Assembly: GCA_964016885.1 (NCBI GenBank) | Contig: OZ024749.1 | Span: 19,344,001-19,408,000 of the forward strand | Direction of reading: 5' to 3' | Length of the DNA stretch: 64,000 nucleotides | DNA from: Eledone cirrhosa | Taxonomy: Eukaryota | Shown here: piece after piece, positions 12,101 through 30,100 of the stretch | Position numbering within the stretch: the stretch's first letter is position 1 | How the letters are laid out: each line of letters starts with the position of its first letter | Notes under the pieces: model-generated | What the model saw: the letters and a program-made list of their open reading frames with translations, nothing else | Database searches by the model: none | Told to the model about the DNA's origin: nothing | Position numbers and translations under genes: made by a program

Positions 12101-15100
12101 TTACACTATCTATACACTGTTAATGACTGTATTTACACTATCTATACACTGTTAATAACTGTATTTACACTATCTATACACTGTTAATAACTGTATTTAC
12201 ACTATCTATACACTGTTAATGACTGTATTTACACTATCTATACACTGTTAATGACTGTATTTACACTATCTATACACCGTTAATGACTGTATTTACATTA
12301 TCTATACACTGTTAATGACTCTATTTACACTATCTATACACTGTTAATAACTGTATTTACACTATCTATACACTGTTAATAACTGTATTTACACTATCTA
12401 TACACTGTTAATGACTGTATTTACACTATCTATACACTGTTAATGACGTTATTTACACTATCTATACACCGTTAATGACTGTATTTACATTATCGATACA
12501 CTGTTAATGACTCTATTTACACTATCTATACACCGTTAATGACTGTATTTACATTATCTATACACTGTTAATGACTGTATTTACACTATCTATACACTGT
12601 TAATGACTGTATTTACACTATCTATACACCGTTAATGACTGTATTTACACTATCTATACACTGTTACTGACTGTATTTACACTATCTATACACTGTTAAT
12701 AACTGTATTTACACTATCTATACACTGTTATTGACTGTATTTACACTATCTATACACTGTTAATAACTGTATTTACACTATCCATACACTGTTAATAACT
12801 GTATTTACACTATCTATACACTGTTAATAACTGTATTTACACTATCTATACATTGTTAATGACTGTATTTACACTATCTATACACTGTTATTGACTGTAT
12901 TTACACTATCTATACACTGTTAATAACTGTATTTACACTATCTATACATTGTTAATAACTGTATTTACACTATCTATACACTGTTAATGACTGTATTTAC
13001 ACTATCTATACACTGTTAATGACTGTATTTACACTATCTATACACTGTTAATAACTGTATTTACACTATCTATACATTGTTAATAACTGTATTTACACTA
13101 TCTATACATTGTTAATGACTGTATTTACACTATCTATACACTGTTAATGACTGTATTTACACTATCTATACACTGTTAATGACTGTATTTACACTATCTA
13201 TACACTGTTAATGACTGTATTTACACTATCTATACACTGTTAATGACTGTATTTATACTATCTATACACTGTTAATAACTGTATTTACACTATCTATACA
13301 CTGTTAATAACTGTATTTACACTATCTATACACTGTTAATGACTGTATTTACACTATCTATACACTGTTAATGACTGTATTTACACTATCTATACACCGT
13401 TAATGACTGTATTTACATTATCTATACACTGTTAATGACTCTATTTACACTATCTATACACCGTTAATGACTGTATTTACATTATCTATACACTGTTAAT
13501 GACTGTATTTACACTATCTATACACTGCTAATGACTGTATTTACACTATCTATACACTGTTAATAACTGTATTTACACTGTTAATAACTGTATTTACACT
13601 ATCTATACACTGTTAATGACTGTATTTACACTATCTATACATTGTTAATGACTGTATTTACACTATCTATACATTGTTAATGACTGTATTTACACTATCT
13701 ATACATTGTTAATGACTGTATTTACACTATCTGTACACTGTTAATGACTGTATTTACACTATCTATACACTGTTAATGACTGTATTTACACTATCTATAC
13801 ACTGTTAATGACTGTATTTACACTATCTATACACTGTTAATGACTGTATTTACACTATCTATACACTGTTAATGACTGTATTTACACTATCTATACACCG
13901 TTAATGACTGTATTTACACTATCTATACACTGTTAATGACTGTATTAACATTATCTATACACTGTTAATGACTATTTACACTATCTATACACCGTTAATG
14001 ACTGTATTTACACTATCTATACACCGTTAATGACTGTATTTACACTATCTATACACTGTTAATGACTGTATTTACACTATCTATACACCGTTAATGACTG
14101 TATTTACACTATCTATACACTGTTAATGACTGTATTTACACTATCTATACACTGTTAATGACTGTATTTACGCTATCTATACACTGTTAATGACTGTATT
14201 TACACTATCTATACACTGTTAATGACTGTATTTATACTATCTATACACTGTTAATAACTGTATTTACACTATCTATACACTGTTAATAACTGTATTTACA
14301 CTATCTATACACTGTTAATGACTGTATTTACACTATCTATACACTGTTAATGACGTTATTTACACTATCTATACACCGTTAATGACTGTATTTACATTAT
14401 CGATACACTGTTAATGACTCTATTTACACTATCTATACACCGTTAATGACTGTATTTACATTATCTATACACTGTTAATGACTGTATTTACACTATCTAT
14501 ACACTGTTAATGACTGTATTTACACTATCTATACACCGTTAATGACTGTATTTACACTATCTATACACTGTTACTGACTGTATTTACACTATCTATACAC
14601 TGTTAATAACTGTATTTACACTATCTATACACTGTTATTGACTGTATTTACACTATCTATACACTGTTAATAACTGTATTTACACTATCCATACACTGTT
14701 AATAACTGTATTTACACTATCTATACACTGTTAATAACTGTATTTACACTATCTATACATTGTTAATGACTGTATTTACACTATCTATACACTGTTATTG
14801 ACTGTATTTACACTATCTATACACTGTTAATAACTGTATTTACACTATCTATACATTGTTAATAACTGTATTTACACTATCTATACACTGTTAATGACTG
14901 TATTTACACTATCTATACACTGTTAATGACTGTATTTACACTATCTATACACTGTTAATAACTGTATTTACACTATCTATACATTGTTAATAACTGTATT
15001 TACACTATCTATACATTGTTAATGACTGTATTTACACTATCTATACACTGTTAATGACTGTATTTACACTATCTATACACTGTTAATGACTGTATTTGCA

Positions 15101-18100
15101 CTATCTATACACTGTTAATGACTGTATTTACACTATCTATACATTGTTAATGACTGTATTTACACTATCTATACACTGTTAATGACTGTATTTACACTAT
15201 CTATACACTGTTAATGACTGTATTTACGCTATCTATACACTGTTAATGACTGTATTTACACTATCTATACACTGTTAATGACTGTATTTATACTATCTAT
15301 ACACTGTTAATAACTGTATTTACACTATCTATACACTGTTAATAACTGTATTTACACTATCTATACACTGTTAATGACTGTATTTACACTATCTATACAC
15401 TGTTAATGACTGTATTTACACTATCTATACACCGTTAATGACTGTATTTACATTATCTATACACTGTTAATGACTCTATTTACACTATCTATACACCGTT
15501 AATGACTGTATTTACATTATCTATACACTGTTAATGACTGTATTTACACTATCTATACACTGTTACTGACTGTATTTACACTATCTATACACTGTTAATA
15601 ACTGTATTTACACTATCTATACACTGTTATTGACTGTATTTACACTATCTATACACTGTTAATAACTGTATTTACACTATCCATACACTGTTAATAACTG
15701 TATTTACACTATCTATACACTGTTAATAACTGTATTTACACTATCTATACATTGTTAATGACTGTATTTACACTATCTATACACTGTTATTGACTGTATT
15801 TACACTATCTATACACTGTTAATAACTGTATTTACACTATCTATACATTGTTAATAACTGTATTTACACTATCTATACACTGTTAATGACTGTATTTACA
15901 CTATCTATACACTGTTAATGACTGTATTTACACTATCTATACACTGTTAATAACTGTATTTACACTACCTATACATTGTTAATAACTGTATTTACACTAT
16001 CTATACATTGTTAATGACTGTATTTACACTATCTATACACTGTTAATGACTGTATTTACACTATCTATACACTGTTAATAACTGTATTTACACTATCTAT
16101 ACACTGTTAATGACTGTATTTACACTATCTATACACTGTTAATGACTGTATTTACACTATCTATACACCGTTAATGACTGTATTTACATTATCTATACAC
16201 TGTTAATGACTGTATTTACACTATCTATACACTGCTAATGACTGTATTTACACTATCTATACACTGTTAATAACTGTATTTACACTGTTAATAACTGTAT
16301 TTACACTATCTATACACTGTTAATGACTGTATTTACACTATCTATACATTGTTAATGACTGTATTTACACTATCTATACATTGTTAATGACTGTATTTAC
16401 ACTATCTATACATTGTTAATGACTGTATTTACACTATCTGTACACTGTTAATGACTGTATTTACACTATCTATACACTGTTAATGACTGTATTTACACTA
16501 TCTATACACTGTTAATGACTGTATTTACACTATCTATACACTGTTAATGACTGTATTTACACTATCTATACACTGTTAATGACTGTATTTACACTATCTA
16601 TACACCGTTAATGACTGTATTTACACTATCTATACACTGTTAATGACTGTATTAACATTATCTATACACTGTTAATGACTATTTACACTATCTATACACC
16701 GTTAATGACTGTATTTACACTATCTATACACCGTTAATGACTGTATTTACACTATCTATACACTGTTAATGACTGTATTTACACTATCTATACACCGTTA
16801 ATGACTGTATTTACACTATCTATACACTGTTAATGACTGTATTTACACTATCTATACACTGTTAATGACTGTATTTACGCTATCTATACACTGTTAATGA
16901 CTGTATTTACACTATCTATACACTGTTAATGACTGTATTTATACTATCTATACACTGTTAATAACTGTATTTACACTATCTATACACTGTTAATAACTGT
17001 ATTTACACTATCTATACACTGTTAATGACTGTATTTACACTATCTATACACTGTTAATGACTGTATTTACACTATCTATACACCGTTAATGACTGTATTT
17101 ACATTATCTATACACTGTTAATGACTATTTACACTATCTATACACCGTTAATGACTGTATTTACATTATCTATACACTGTTAATGACTGTATTTACACTA
17201 TCTATACACTGTTAATGACTGTATTTACACTATCTATACACCGTTAATGACTGTATTTACACTATCTATACACTGTTACTGACTGTATTTACACTATCTA
17301 TACACTGTTAATAACTGTATTTACACTATCTATACACTGTTATTGACTGTATTTACACTATCTATACACTGTTAATAACTGTATTTACACTATCCATACA
17401 CTGTTAATAACTGTATTTACACTATCTATACACTGTTAATAACTGTATTTACACTATCTATACATTGTTAATGACTGTATTTACACTATCTATACACTGT
17501 TATTGACTGTATTTACACTATCTATACACTGTTAATAACTGTATTTACACTATCTATACATTGTTAATAACTGTATTTACACTATCTATACACTGTTAAT
17601 GACTGTATTTACACTATCTATACACTGTTAATGACTGTATTTACACTATCTATACACTGTTAATAACTGTATTTACACTACCTATACATTGTTAATAACT
17701 GTATTTACACTATCTATACATTGTTAATGACTGTATTTACACTATCTATACACTGTTAATGACTGTATTTACACTATCTATACACTGTTAATAACTGTAT
17801 TTACACTATCTATACACTGTTAATAACTGTATTTACACTATCTATACACTGTTAATAACTGTATTTACACTATCTATACACTGTTAATGACTGTATTTAC
17901 ACTATCTATACATTGTTAATGACTGTATTTACACTATCTATACATTGTTAATGACTGTATTTACACTATCTATACATTGTTAATGACTGTATTTACACTA
18001 TCTATGCACTGTTAATGACTGGATTTACACTATCTATACACTGTTAATGACTGTATTTACACTATCTATACATTGTTAATGACTGTATTTACACTATCTA

Positions 18101-21100
18101 TACACTGTTAATCACTGTATTTACACTATCTATACACTGTTAATGACTGTATTTACACTATCTATACATTGTTAATGACTGTATTTACACTATCTATACA
18201 TTGTTAATGACTGTATTTACACTATCTATACACTGTTAATGACTGTATTTACACTATCTATACACCGTTAATGACTGTATTTACACTATCTATACACTGT
18301 TACTGACTATATTTACACTATCTATACACTGTTAATAACTGTATTTACACTATCTATACACTGTTATTGACTGTATTTACACTATCTATACACTGTTAAT
18401 AACTGTATTTACACTATCCATACACTGTTAATAACTGTATTTACACTATCTATACACTGTTAATAACTGTATTTACACTATCTATACATTGTTAATGACT
18501 GTATTTACACTATCTATACACTGTTATTGACTGTATTTACACTATCTATACACTGTTAATAACTGTATTTACACTATCTATACATTGTTAATAACTGTAT
18601 TTACACTATCTATACACTGTTAATGACTGTATTTACACTATCTATACACTGTTAATGACTGTATTTACACTATCTATACACTGTTAATAACTGTATTTAC
18701 ACTATCTATACATTGTTAATAACTGTATTTACACTATCTATACATTGTTAATGACTGTATTTACACTATCTATACACTGTTAATGACTGTTTTTACACTA
18801 TCTATACACTGTTAATAACTGTATTTACACTATCTATACACTGTTAATGACTGTATTTACACTATCTATACACTGTTAATGACTGTATTTACACTATCTA
18901 TACACCGTTAATGACTGTATTTACATTATCTATACACTGTTAATGACTGTATTTACACTATCTATACACTGTTAATGACTGTATTTACACTATCTATACA
19001 CTGTTAATAACTGTATTTACACTGTTAATAACTGTATTTACACTATCTATACATTGTTAATGACTGTATTTACACTATCTATACATTGTTAATGACTGTA
19101 TTTACACTATACACTGTTAATGACTGTATTTACACTATCTATACATTGTTAATGACTGTATTTACACTATCTATACACTGTTAATGACTGCATTTACACT
19201 ATCTATACACTGTTAATGACTGTATTTACACTATCTAAACACTGTTAATGACTGTATTTACACTATCTATACACTGTTAATGACTGTATTTACACTATCT
19301 ATACACTGTTAATGACTGTATTTACACTATCTATACACTGTTAATGACTGTATTTACACTATCTATACACTGTTTATGACTGTATTTACACTATCTATAC
19401 ACTGTTAATGACTGTATTTACACTATCTATACACTGTTAATGACTGTATTTACACTATCTATACACCGTTAATGACTGTATTTACACTATCTATACACTG
19501 TTAATGACTGTATTTACACTATCTATACACTGTTAATAACTGTATTTACATTATCGATACACTGTTAATGACTCTATTTACACTATCTATACACCGTTAA
19601 TGACTGTATTTACATTATCTATACACTGTTAATAACTGTATTTACACTATCTATACACTGTTAATAACTGTATTTACACTATCTATACACTGTTAATAAC
19701 TGTATTTACACTATCTATACATTGTTAATGACTGTATTTACACTATCTATACACTGTTAATAACTGTATTTACACTATCTATACACTGTTAATGACTGTA
19801 TTTACACTATCTATACACTGTTAATAACTGTATTTACACTATCTATACACTGTTAATAACTGTATTTACACTATCTATACACTGTTAATAACTGTATTTA
19901 CACCATCTATACACTGTTAATGACTGTATTTACACTATCTATACATTGTTAATGACTGTATTTACACTATCTATACATTGTTAATGACTGTATTTACACT
20001 ATCTATACATTGTTAATGACTGTATTTACACTATCTATGCACTGTTAATGACTGGATTTACACTATCTATACACTGTTAATGACTGTATTTACACTATCT
20101 ATACATTGTTAATGACTGTATTTACACTATCTATACACTGTTAATCACTGTATTTACACTATCTATACACTGTTAATGACTGTATTTACACTATCTATAC
20201 ACTGTTAATCACTCTATTTACACTATCTATACACTGTTAATGACTGTATTTACACTATCTATACATTGTTAATGACTGTATTTACACTATCTATACATTG
20301 TTAATGACTGTATTTACACTATCTATACACTGTTAATGACTGTATTTACACTATCTATACACTGTTAATGACTGTATTTACACTATCTATACATTGTTAA
20401 TAACTGTATTTACACTATCTATACACTGTTAATAACTGTATTTACACTATCTATACATTGTTAATGACTGTATTTACACTATCTATACACTGTTAATGAC
20501 TGTATTTACACTATCTATACACCGTTAATGACTGTATTTACATTATCTATACACTGTTAATGACTCTATTTACACTATCTATACACTGTTAATAACTGTA
20601 TTTACACTATCTATACACTGTTAATAACTGTATTTACACTATCTATACACTGTTAATGACTGTATTTACACTATCTATACACTGTTAATGACTGTATTTA
20701 CACTATCTATACACCGTTAATGACTGTATTTACATTATCGATACACTGTTAATGACTCTATTTACACTATCTATACACCGTTAATGACTGTATTTACATT
20801 ATCTATACACTGTTAATGACTGTATTTACACTATCTATACACTGTTAATGACTGTATTTACACTATCTATACACCGTTAATGACTGTATTTACACTATCT
20901 ATACACTGTTACTGACTGTATTTACACTATCTATACACTGTTAATAACTGTATTTACACTATCTATACACTGTTATTGACTGTATTTACACTATCTATAC
21001 ACTGTTAATAACTGTATTTACACTATCCATACACTGTTAATAACTGTATTTACACTATCTATACACTGTTAATAACTGTATTTACACTATCTATACATTG

Positions 21101-24100
21101 TTAATGACTGTATTTACACTATCTATACACTGTTATTGACTGTATTTACACTATCTATACACTGTTAATAACTGTATTTACACTATCTATACATTGTTAA
21201 TAACTGTATTTACACTATCTATACACTGTTAATGACTGTATTTACACTATCTATACACTGTTAATGACTGTATTTACACTATCTATACACTGTTAATAAC
21301 TGTATTTACACTATCTATACATTGTTAATAACTGTATTTACACTATCTATACATTGTTAATGACTGTATTTACACTATCTATACACTGTTAATGACTGTA
21401 TTTACACTATCTATACACTGTTAATAACTGTATTTACACTATCTATACACTGTTAATGACTGTATTTACACTATCTATACACTGTTAATGACTGTATTTA
21501 CACTATCTATACACCGTTAATGACTGTATTTACATTATCTATACACTGTTAATGACTGTATTTACACTATCTATACACTGTTAATGACTGTATTTACACT
21601 ATCTATACACTGTTAATAACTGTATTTACACTGTTAATAACTGTATTTACACTATCTATACACTGTTAATGACTGTATTTACACTATCTATACATTGTTA
21701 ATGACTGTATTTACACTATCTATACATTGTTAATGACTGTATTTACACTATCTATACATTGTTAATGACTGTATTTACACTATACACTGTTAATGACTGT
21801 ATTTACACTATCTATACATTGTTAATGACTGTATTTACACTATCTATACACTGTTAATGACTGCATTTACACTATCTATACACTGTTAATGACTGTATTT
21901 ACACTATCTAAACACTGTTAATGACTGTATTTACACTATCTATACACTGTTAATGACTGTATTTACACTATCTATACACTGTTAATGACTGTATTTACAC
22001 TATCTATACACCGTTAATGACTGTATTTATGCTATCTATACACTGTTAATGACTGTATTAACATTATCTATACACTGTTAATGACTGTATTTACACTATC
22101 TATACACTGTTAATGACTGTATTTACACTATCTATACACTGTTAATGACTGTATTTACACTATCTATACATTGTTAATGACTGTATTTACACTATCTATA
22201 CACTGTTAATGACTGTATTTACACTATCTATACACTGTTAATGACTGCATTTACACTATCTATACACTGTTAATGACTGTATTTACACTATCTAAACACT
22301 GTTAATGACTGTATTTACACTATCTATACACTGTTAATGACTGTATTTACACTATCTATACACTGTTAATGACTGTATTTACACTATCTATACACCGTTA
22401 ATGACTGTATTTATGCTATCTATACACTGTTAATGACTGTATTAACATTATCTATACACTGTTAATGACTGTATTTACACTATCTATACACTGTTAATGA
22501 CTGTATTTACACTATCTATACACTGTTAATGACTGTATTTACACTATCTATACATTGTTAATGACTGTATTTACACTATCTATACACTGTTAATGACTGT
22601 ATTTACACTATCTATACACTGTTAATGACTGTATTTACACTATCTATACACTGTTAATGACTGTATTTACACTATCTATACACTGTTTATGACTGTATTT
22701 ACACTATCTATACACTGTTAATGACTGTATTTACACTATCTATACACTGTTAATGACTGTATTTACACTATCTATACACCGTTAATGACTGTATTTAAAC
22801 TATCTATACACTGTTAATGACTGTATTAACATTATCTATACACTGTTAATGACTATTTACACTATCTATACACCGTTAATGACTGTATTTACACTATCTA
22901 TACACCGTTAATGACTGTATTTACACTATCTATACACTGTTAATGACTGTATTTACACTATCTATACACCGTTAATGACTGTATTTACACTATCTATACA
23001 CTGTTAATGACTGTATTTACACTATCTATACACTGTTAATAACTGTATTTACATTATCGATACACTGTTAATGACTCTATTTACACTATCTATACACCGT
23101 TAATGACTGTATTTACATTATCTATACACTGTTAATAACTGTATTTACACTATCTATACACTGTTAATAACTGTATTTACACTATCTATACACTGTTAAT
23201 AACTGTATTTACACTATCTATACATTGTTAATGACTGTATTTACACTATCTATACACTGTTAATAACTGTATTTACACTATCTATACACTGTTAATGACT
23301 GTATTTACACTATCTATACACTGTTAATAACTGTATTTACACTATCTATACACTGTTAATAACTGTATTTACACTATCTATACACTGTTAATAACTGTAT
23401 TTACACTATCTATACACTGTTAATGACTGTATTTACACTATCTATACATTGTTAATGACTGTATTTACACTATCTATACATTGTTAATGACTGTATTTAC
23501 ACTATCTATACATTGTTAATGACTGTATTTACACTATCTATGCACTGTTAATGACTGGATTTACACTATCTATACACTGTTAATGACTGTATTTACACTA
23601 TCTATACATTGTTAATGACTGTATTTACACTATCTATACACTGTTAATCACTGTATTTACACTATCTATACACTGTTAATGACTGTATTTACACTATCTA
23701 TACACTGTTAATCACTCTATTTACACTATCTATACACTGTTAATGACTGTATTTACACTATCTATACATTGTTAATGACTGTATTTACACTATCTATACA
23801 TTGTTAATGACTGTATTTACACTATCTATACACTGTTAATGACTGTATTTACACTATCTATACACTGTTAATGACTGTATTTACACTATCTATACATTGT
23901 TAATAACTGTATTTACACTATCTATACACTGTTAATAACTGTATTTACACTATCTATACATTGTTAATGACTGTATTTACACTATCTATACACTGTTAAT
24001 GACTGTATTTACACTATCTATACACCGTTAATGACTGTATTTACATTATCTATACACTGTTAATGACTCTATTTACACTATCTATACACTGTTAATAACT

Positions 24101-27100
24101 GTATTTACACTATCTATACACTGTTAATAACTGTATTTACACTATCTATACACTGTTAATGACTGTATTTACACTATCTATACACTGTTAATGACTGTAT
24201 TTACACTATCTATACACCGTTAATGACTGTATTTACATTATCGATACACTGTTAATGACTCTATTTACACTATCTATACACCGTTAATGACTGTATTTAC
24301 ATTATCTATACACTGTTAATGACTGTATTTACACTATCTATACACTGTTAATGACTGTATTTACACTATCTAAACACCGTTAATGACTGTATTTACACTA
24401 TCTATACACTGTTACTGACTGTATTTACACTATCTATACACTGTTAATAACTGTATTTACACTATCTATACATTGTTAATAACTGTATTTACACTATCTA
24501 TACACTGTTAATGACTGTATTTACACTATCTATACACTGTTAATGACTGTATTTACACTATCTATACACTGTTAATAACTGTATTTACACTATCTATACA
24601 TTGTTAATAACTGTATTTACACTATCTATACATTGTTAATGACTGTATTTACACTATCTATACACTGTTAATGACTGTTTTTACACTATCTATACACTGT
24701 TAATAACTGTATTTACACTATCTATACACTGTTAATGACTGTATTTACACTATCTATACACTGTTAATGACTGTATTTACACTATCTATACACCGTTAAT
24801 GACTGTATTTACATTATCTATACACTGTTAATGACTGTATTTACACTATCTATACACTGTTAATGACTGTATTTACACTATCTATACACTGTTAATAACT
24901 GTATTTACACTGTTAATAACTGTATTTACACTATCTATACATTGTTAATGACTGTATTTACACTATCTATACATTGTTAATGACTGTATTTACACTATAC
25001 ACTGTTAATGACTGTATTTACACTATCTATACATTGTTAATGACTGTATTTACACTATCTATACACTGTTAATGACTGCATTTACACTATCTATACACTG
25101 TTAATGACTGTATTTACACTATCTAAACACTGTTAATGACTGTATTTACACTATCTATACACTGTTAATGACTGTATTTACACTATCTATACACTGTTAA
25201 TGACTGTATTTACACTATCTATACACTGTTAATGACTGTATTTACACTATCTATACACTGTTTATGACTGTATTTACACTATCTATACACTGTTAATGAC
25301 TGTATTTACACTATCTATACACTGTTAATGACTGTATTTACACTATCTATACACCGTTAATGACTGTATTTACACTATCTATACACTGTTAATGACTGTA
25401 TTTACACTATCTATACACTGTTAATAACTGTATTTACGTTATCGATACACTGTTAATGACTCTATTTACACTATCTATACACCGTTAATGACTGTATTTA
25501 CATTATCTATACACTGTTAATAACTGTATTTACACTATCTATACACTGTTAATAACTGTATTTACACTATCTATACACTGTTAATAACTGTATTTACACT
25601 ATCTATACATTGTTAATGACTGTATTTACACTATCTATACACTGTTAATAACTGTATTTACAATATCTATACACTGTTAATGACTGTATTTACACTATCT
25701 ATACACTGTTAATAACTGTATTTACACTATCTATACACTGTTAATAACTGTATTTACACTATCTATACACTGTTAATAACTGTATTTACACTATCTATAC
25801 ACTGTTAATGACTGTATTTACACTATCTATACATTGTTAATGACTGTATTTACACTATCTATACATTGTTAATGACTGTATTTACACTATCTATACATTG
25901 TTAATGACTGTATTTACACTATCTATGCACTGTTAATGACTGGATTTACACTATCTATACACTGTTAATGACTGTATTTACACTATCTATACATTGTTAA
26001 TGACTGTATTTACACTATCTATACACTGTTAATCACTGTATTTACACTATCTATACACTGTTAATGACTGTATTTACACTATCTATACACTGTTAATCAC
26101 TCTATTTACACTATCTATACACTGTTAATGACTGTATTTACACTATCTATACATTGTTAATGACTGTATTTACACTATCTATACATTGTTAATGACTGTA
26201 TTTACACTATCTATACACTGTTAATGACTGTATTTACACTATCTATACACTGTTAATGACTGTATTTACACTATCTATACATTGTTAATAACTGTATTTA
26301 CACTATCTATACACTGTTAATAACTGTATTTACACTATCTATACATTGTTAATGACTGTATTTACACTATCTATACACTGTTAATGACTGTATTTACACT
26401 ATCTATACACCGTTAATGACTGTATTTACATTATCTATACACTGTTAATGACTCTATTTACACTATCTATACACTGTTAATAACTGTATTTACACTATCT
26501 ATACACTGTTAATAACTGTATTTACACTATCTATACACTGTTAATGACTGTATTTACACTATCTATACACTGTTAATGACTGTATTTACACTATCTATAC
26601 ACCGTTAATGACTGTATTTACATTATCGATACACTGTTAATGACTCTATTTACACTATCTATACACCGTTAATGACTGTATTTACATTATCTATACACTG
26701 TTAATGACTGTATTTACACTATCTATACACTGTTAATGACTGTATTTACACTATCTATACACCGTTAATGACTGTATTTACACTATCTATACACTGTTAC
26801 TGACTGTATTTACACTATCTATACACTGTTAATAACTGTATTTACACTATCTATACACTGTTATTGACTGTATTTACACTATCTATACACTGTTAATAAC
26901 TGTATTTACACTATCCATACACTGTTAATAACTGTATTTACACTATCTATACACTGTTAATAACTGTATTTACACTATCTATACATTGTTAATGACTGTA
27001 TTTACACTATCTATACACTGTTATTGACTGTATTTACACTATCTATACACTGTTAATAACTGTATTTACACTATCTATACATTGTTAATAACTGTATTTA

Positions 27101-30100
27101 CACTATCTATACACTGTTAATGACTGTATTTACACTATCTATACACTGTTAATGACTGTATTTACACTATCTATACACTGTTAATAACTGTATTTACACT
27201 ATCTATACATTGTTAATAACTGTATTTACACTATCTATACATTGTTAATGACTGTATTTACACTATCTATACACTGTTAATGACTGTATTTACACTATCT
27301 ATACACTGTTAATAACTGTATTTACACTATCTATACACTGTTAATGACTGTATTTACACTATCTATACACTGTTAATGACTGTATTTACACTATCTATAC
27401 ACCGTTAATGACTGTATTTACATTATCTATACACTGTTAATGACTGTATTTACACTATCTATACACTGTTAATGACTGTATTTACACTATCTATACACTG
27501 TTAATAACTGTATTTACACTATCTATACATTGTTAATGACTGTATTTACACTATCTATACACTGTTATTGACTGTATTTACACTATCTATACACTGTTAA
27601 TAACTGTATTTACACTATCTATACATTGTTAATAACTGTATTTACACTATCTATACACTGTTAATGACTGTATTTACACTATCTATACACTGTTAATGAC
27701 TGTATTTACACTATCTATACACTGTTAATAACTGTATTTACACTATCTATACATTGTTAATAACTGTATTTACACTATCTATACATTGTTAATGACTGTA
27801 TTTACACTATCTATACACTGTTAATGACTGTATTTACACTATCTATACACTGTTAATAACTGTATTTACACTATCTATACACTGTTAATGACTGTATTTA
27901 CACTATCTATACACTGTTAATGACTGTATTTACACTATCTATACACCGTTAATGACTGTATTTACATTATCTATACACTGTTAATGACTGTATTTACACT
28001 ATCTATACACTGTTAATGACTGTATTTACACTATCTATACACTGTTAATAACTGTATTTACACTGTTAATAACTGTATTTACACTATCTATACACTGTTA
28101 ATGACTGTATTTACACTATCTATACATTGTTAATGACTGTATTTACACTATCTATACATTGTTAATGACTGTATTTACACTATCTATACATTGTTAATGA
28201 CTGTATTTACACTATACACTGTTAATGACTGTATTTACACTATCTATACATTGTTAATGACTGTATTTACACTATCTATACACTGTTAATGACTGCATTT
28301 ACACTATCTATACACTGTTAATGACTGTATTTACACTATCTAAACACTGTTAATGACTGTATTTACACTATCTATACACTGTTAATGACTGTATTTACAC
28401 TATCTATACACTGTTAATGACTGTATTTACACTATCTATACACCGTTAATGACTGTATTTATGCTATCTATACACTGTTAATGACTGTATTAACATTATC
28501 TATACACTGTTAATGACTGTATTTACACTATCTATACACTGTTAATGACTGTATTTACACTATCTATACACTGTTAATGACTGTATTTACACTATCTATA
28601 CATTGTTAATGACTGTATTTACACTATCTATACACTGTTAATGACTGTATTTACACTATCTATACACTGTTAATGACTGCATTTACACTATCTATACACT
28701 GTTAATGACTGTATTTACACTATCTAAACACTGTTAATGACTGTATTTACACTATCTATACACTGTTAATGACTGTATTTACACTATCTATACACTGTTA
28801 ATGACTGTATTTACACTATCTATACACCGTTAATGACTGTATTTATGCTATCTATACACTGTTAATGACTGTATTAACATTATCTATACACTGTTAATGA
28901 CTGTATTTACACTATCTATACACTGTTAATGACTGTATTTACACTATCTATACACTGTTAATGACTGTATTTACACTATCTATACATTGTTAATGACTGT
29001 ATTTACACTATCTATACACTGTTAATGACTGTATTTACACTATCTATACACTGTTAATGACTGTATTTACACTATCTATACACTGTTAATGACTGTATTT
29101 ACACTATCTATACACTGTTTATGACTGTATTTACACTATCTATACACTGTTAATGACTGTATTTACACTATCTATACACTGTTAATGACTGTATTTACAC
29201 TATCTATACACCGTTAATGACTGTATTTAAACTATCTATACACTGTTAATGACTGTATTAACATTATCTATACACTGTTAATGACTATTTACACTATCTA
29301 TACACCGTTAATGACTGTATTTACACTATCTATACACCGTTAATGACTGTATTTACACTATCTATACACTGTTAATGACTGTATTTACACTATCTATACA
29401 CCGTTAATGACTGTATTTACACTATCTATACACTGTTAATGACTGTATTTACACTATCTATACACTGTTAATAACTGTATTTACATTATCGATACACTGT
29501 TAATGACTCTATTTACACTATCTATACACCGTTAATGACTGTATTTACATTATCTATACACTGTTAATAACTGTATTTACACTATCTATACACTGTTAAT
29601 AACTGTATTTACACTATCTATACACTGTTAATAACTGTATTTACACTATCTATACATTGTTAATGACTGTATTTACACTATCTATACACTGTTAATAACT
29701 GTATTTACACTATCTATACACTGTTAATGACTGTATTTACACTATCTATACACTGTTAATAACTGTATTTACACTATCTATACACTGTTAATAACTGTAT
29801 TTACACTATCTATACACTGTTAATAACTGTATTTACACTATCTATACACTGTTAATGACTGTATTTACACTATCTATACATTGTTAATGACTGTATTTAC
29901 ACTATCTATACATTGTTAATGACTGTATTTACACTATCTATACATTGTTAATGACTGTATTTACACTATCTATGCACTGTTAATGACTGGATTTACACTA
30001 TCTATACACTGTTAATGACTGTATTTACACTATCTATACATTGTTAATGACTGTATTTACACTATCTATACACTGTTAATCACTGTATTTACACTATCTA

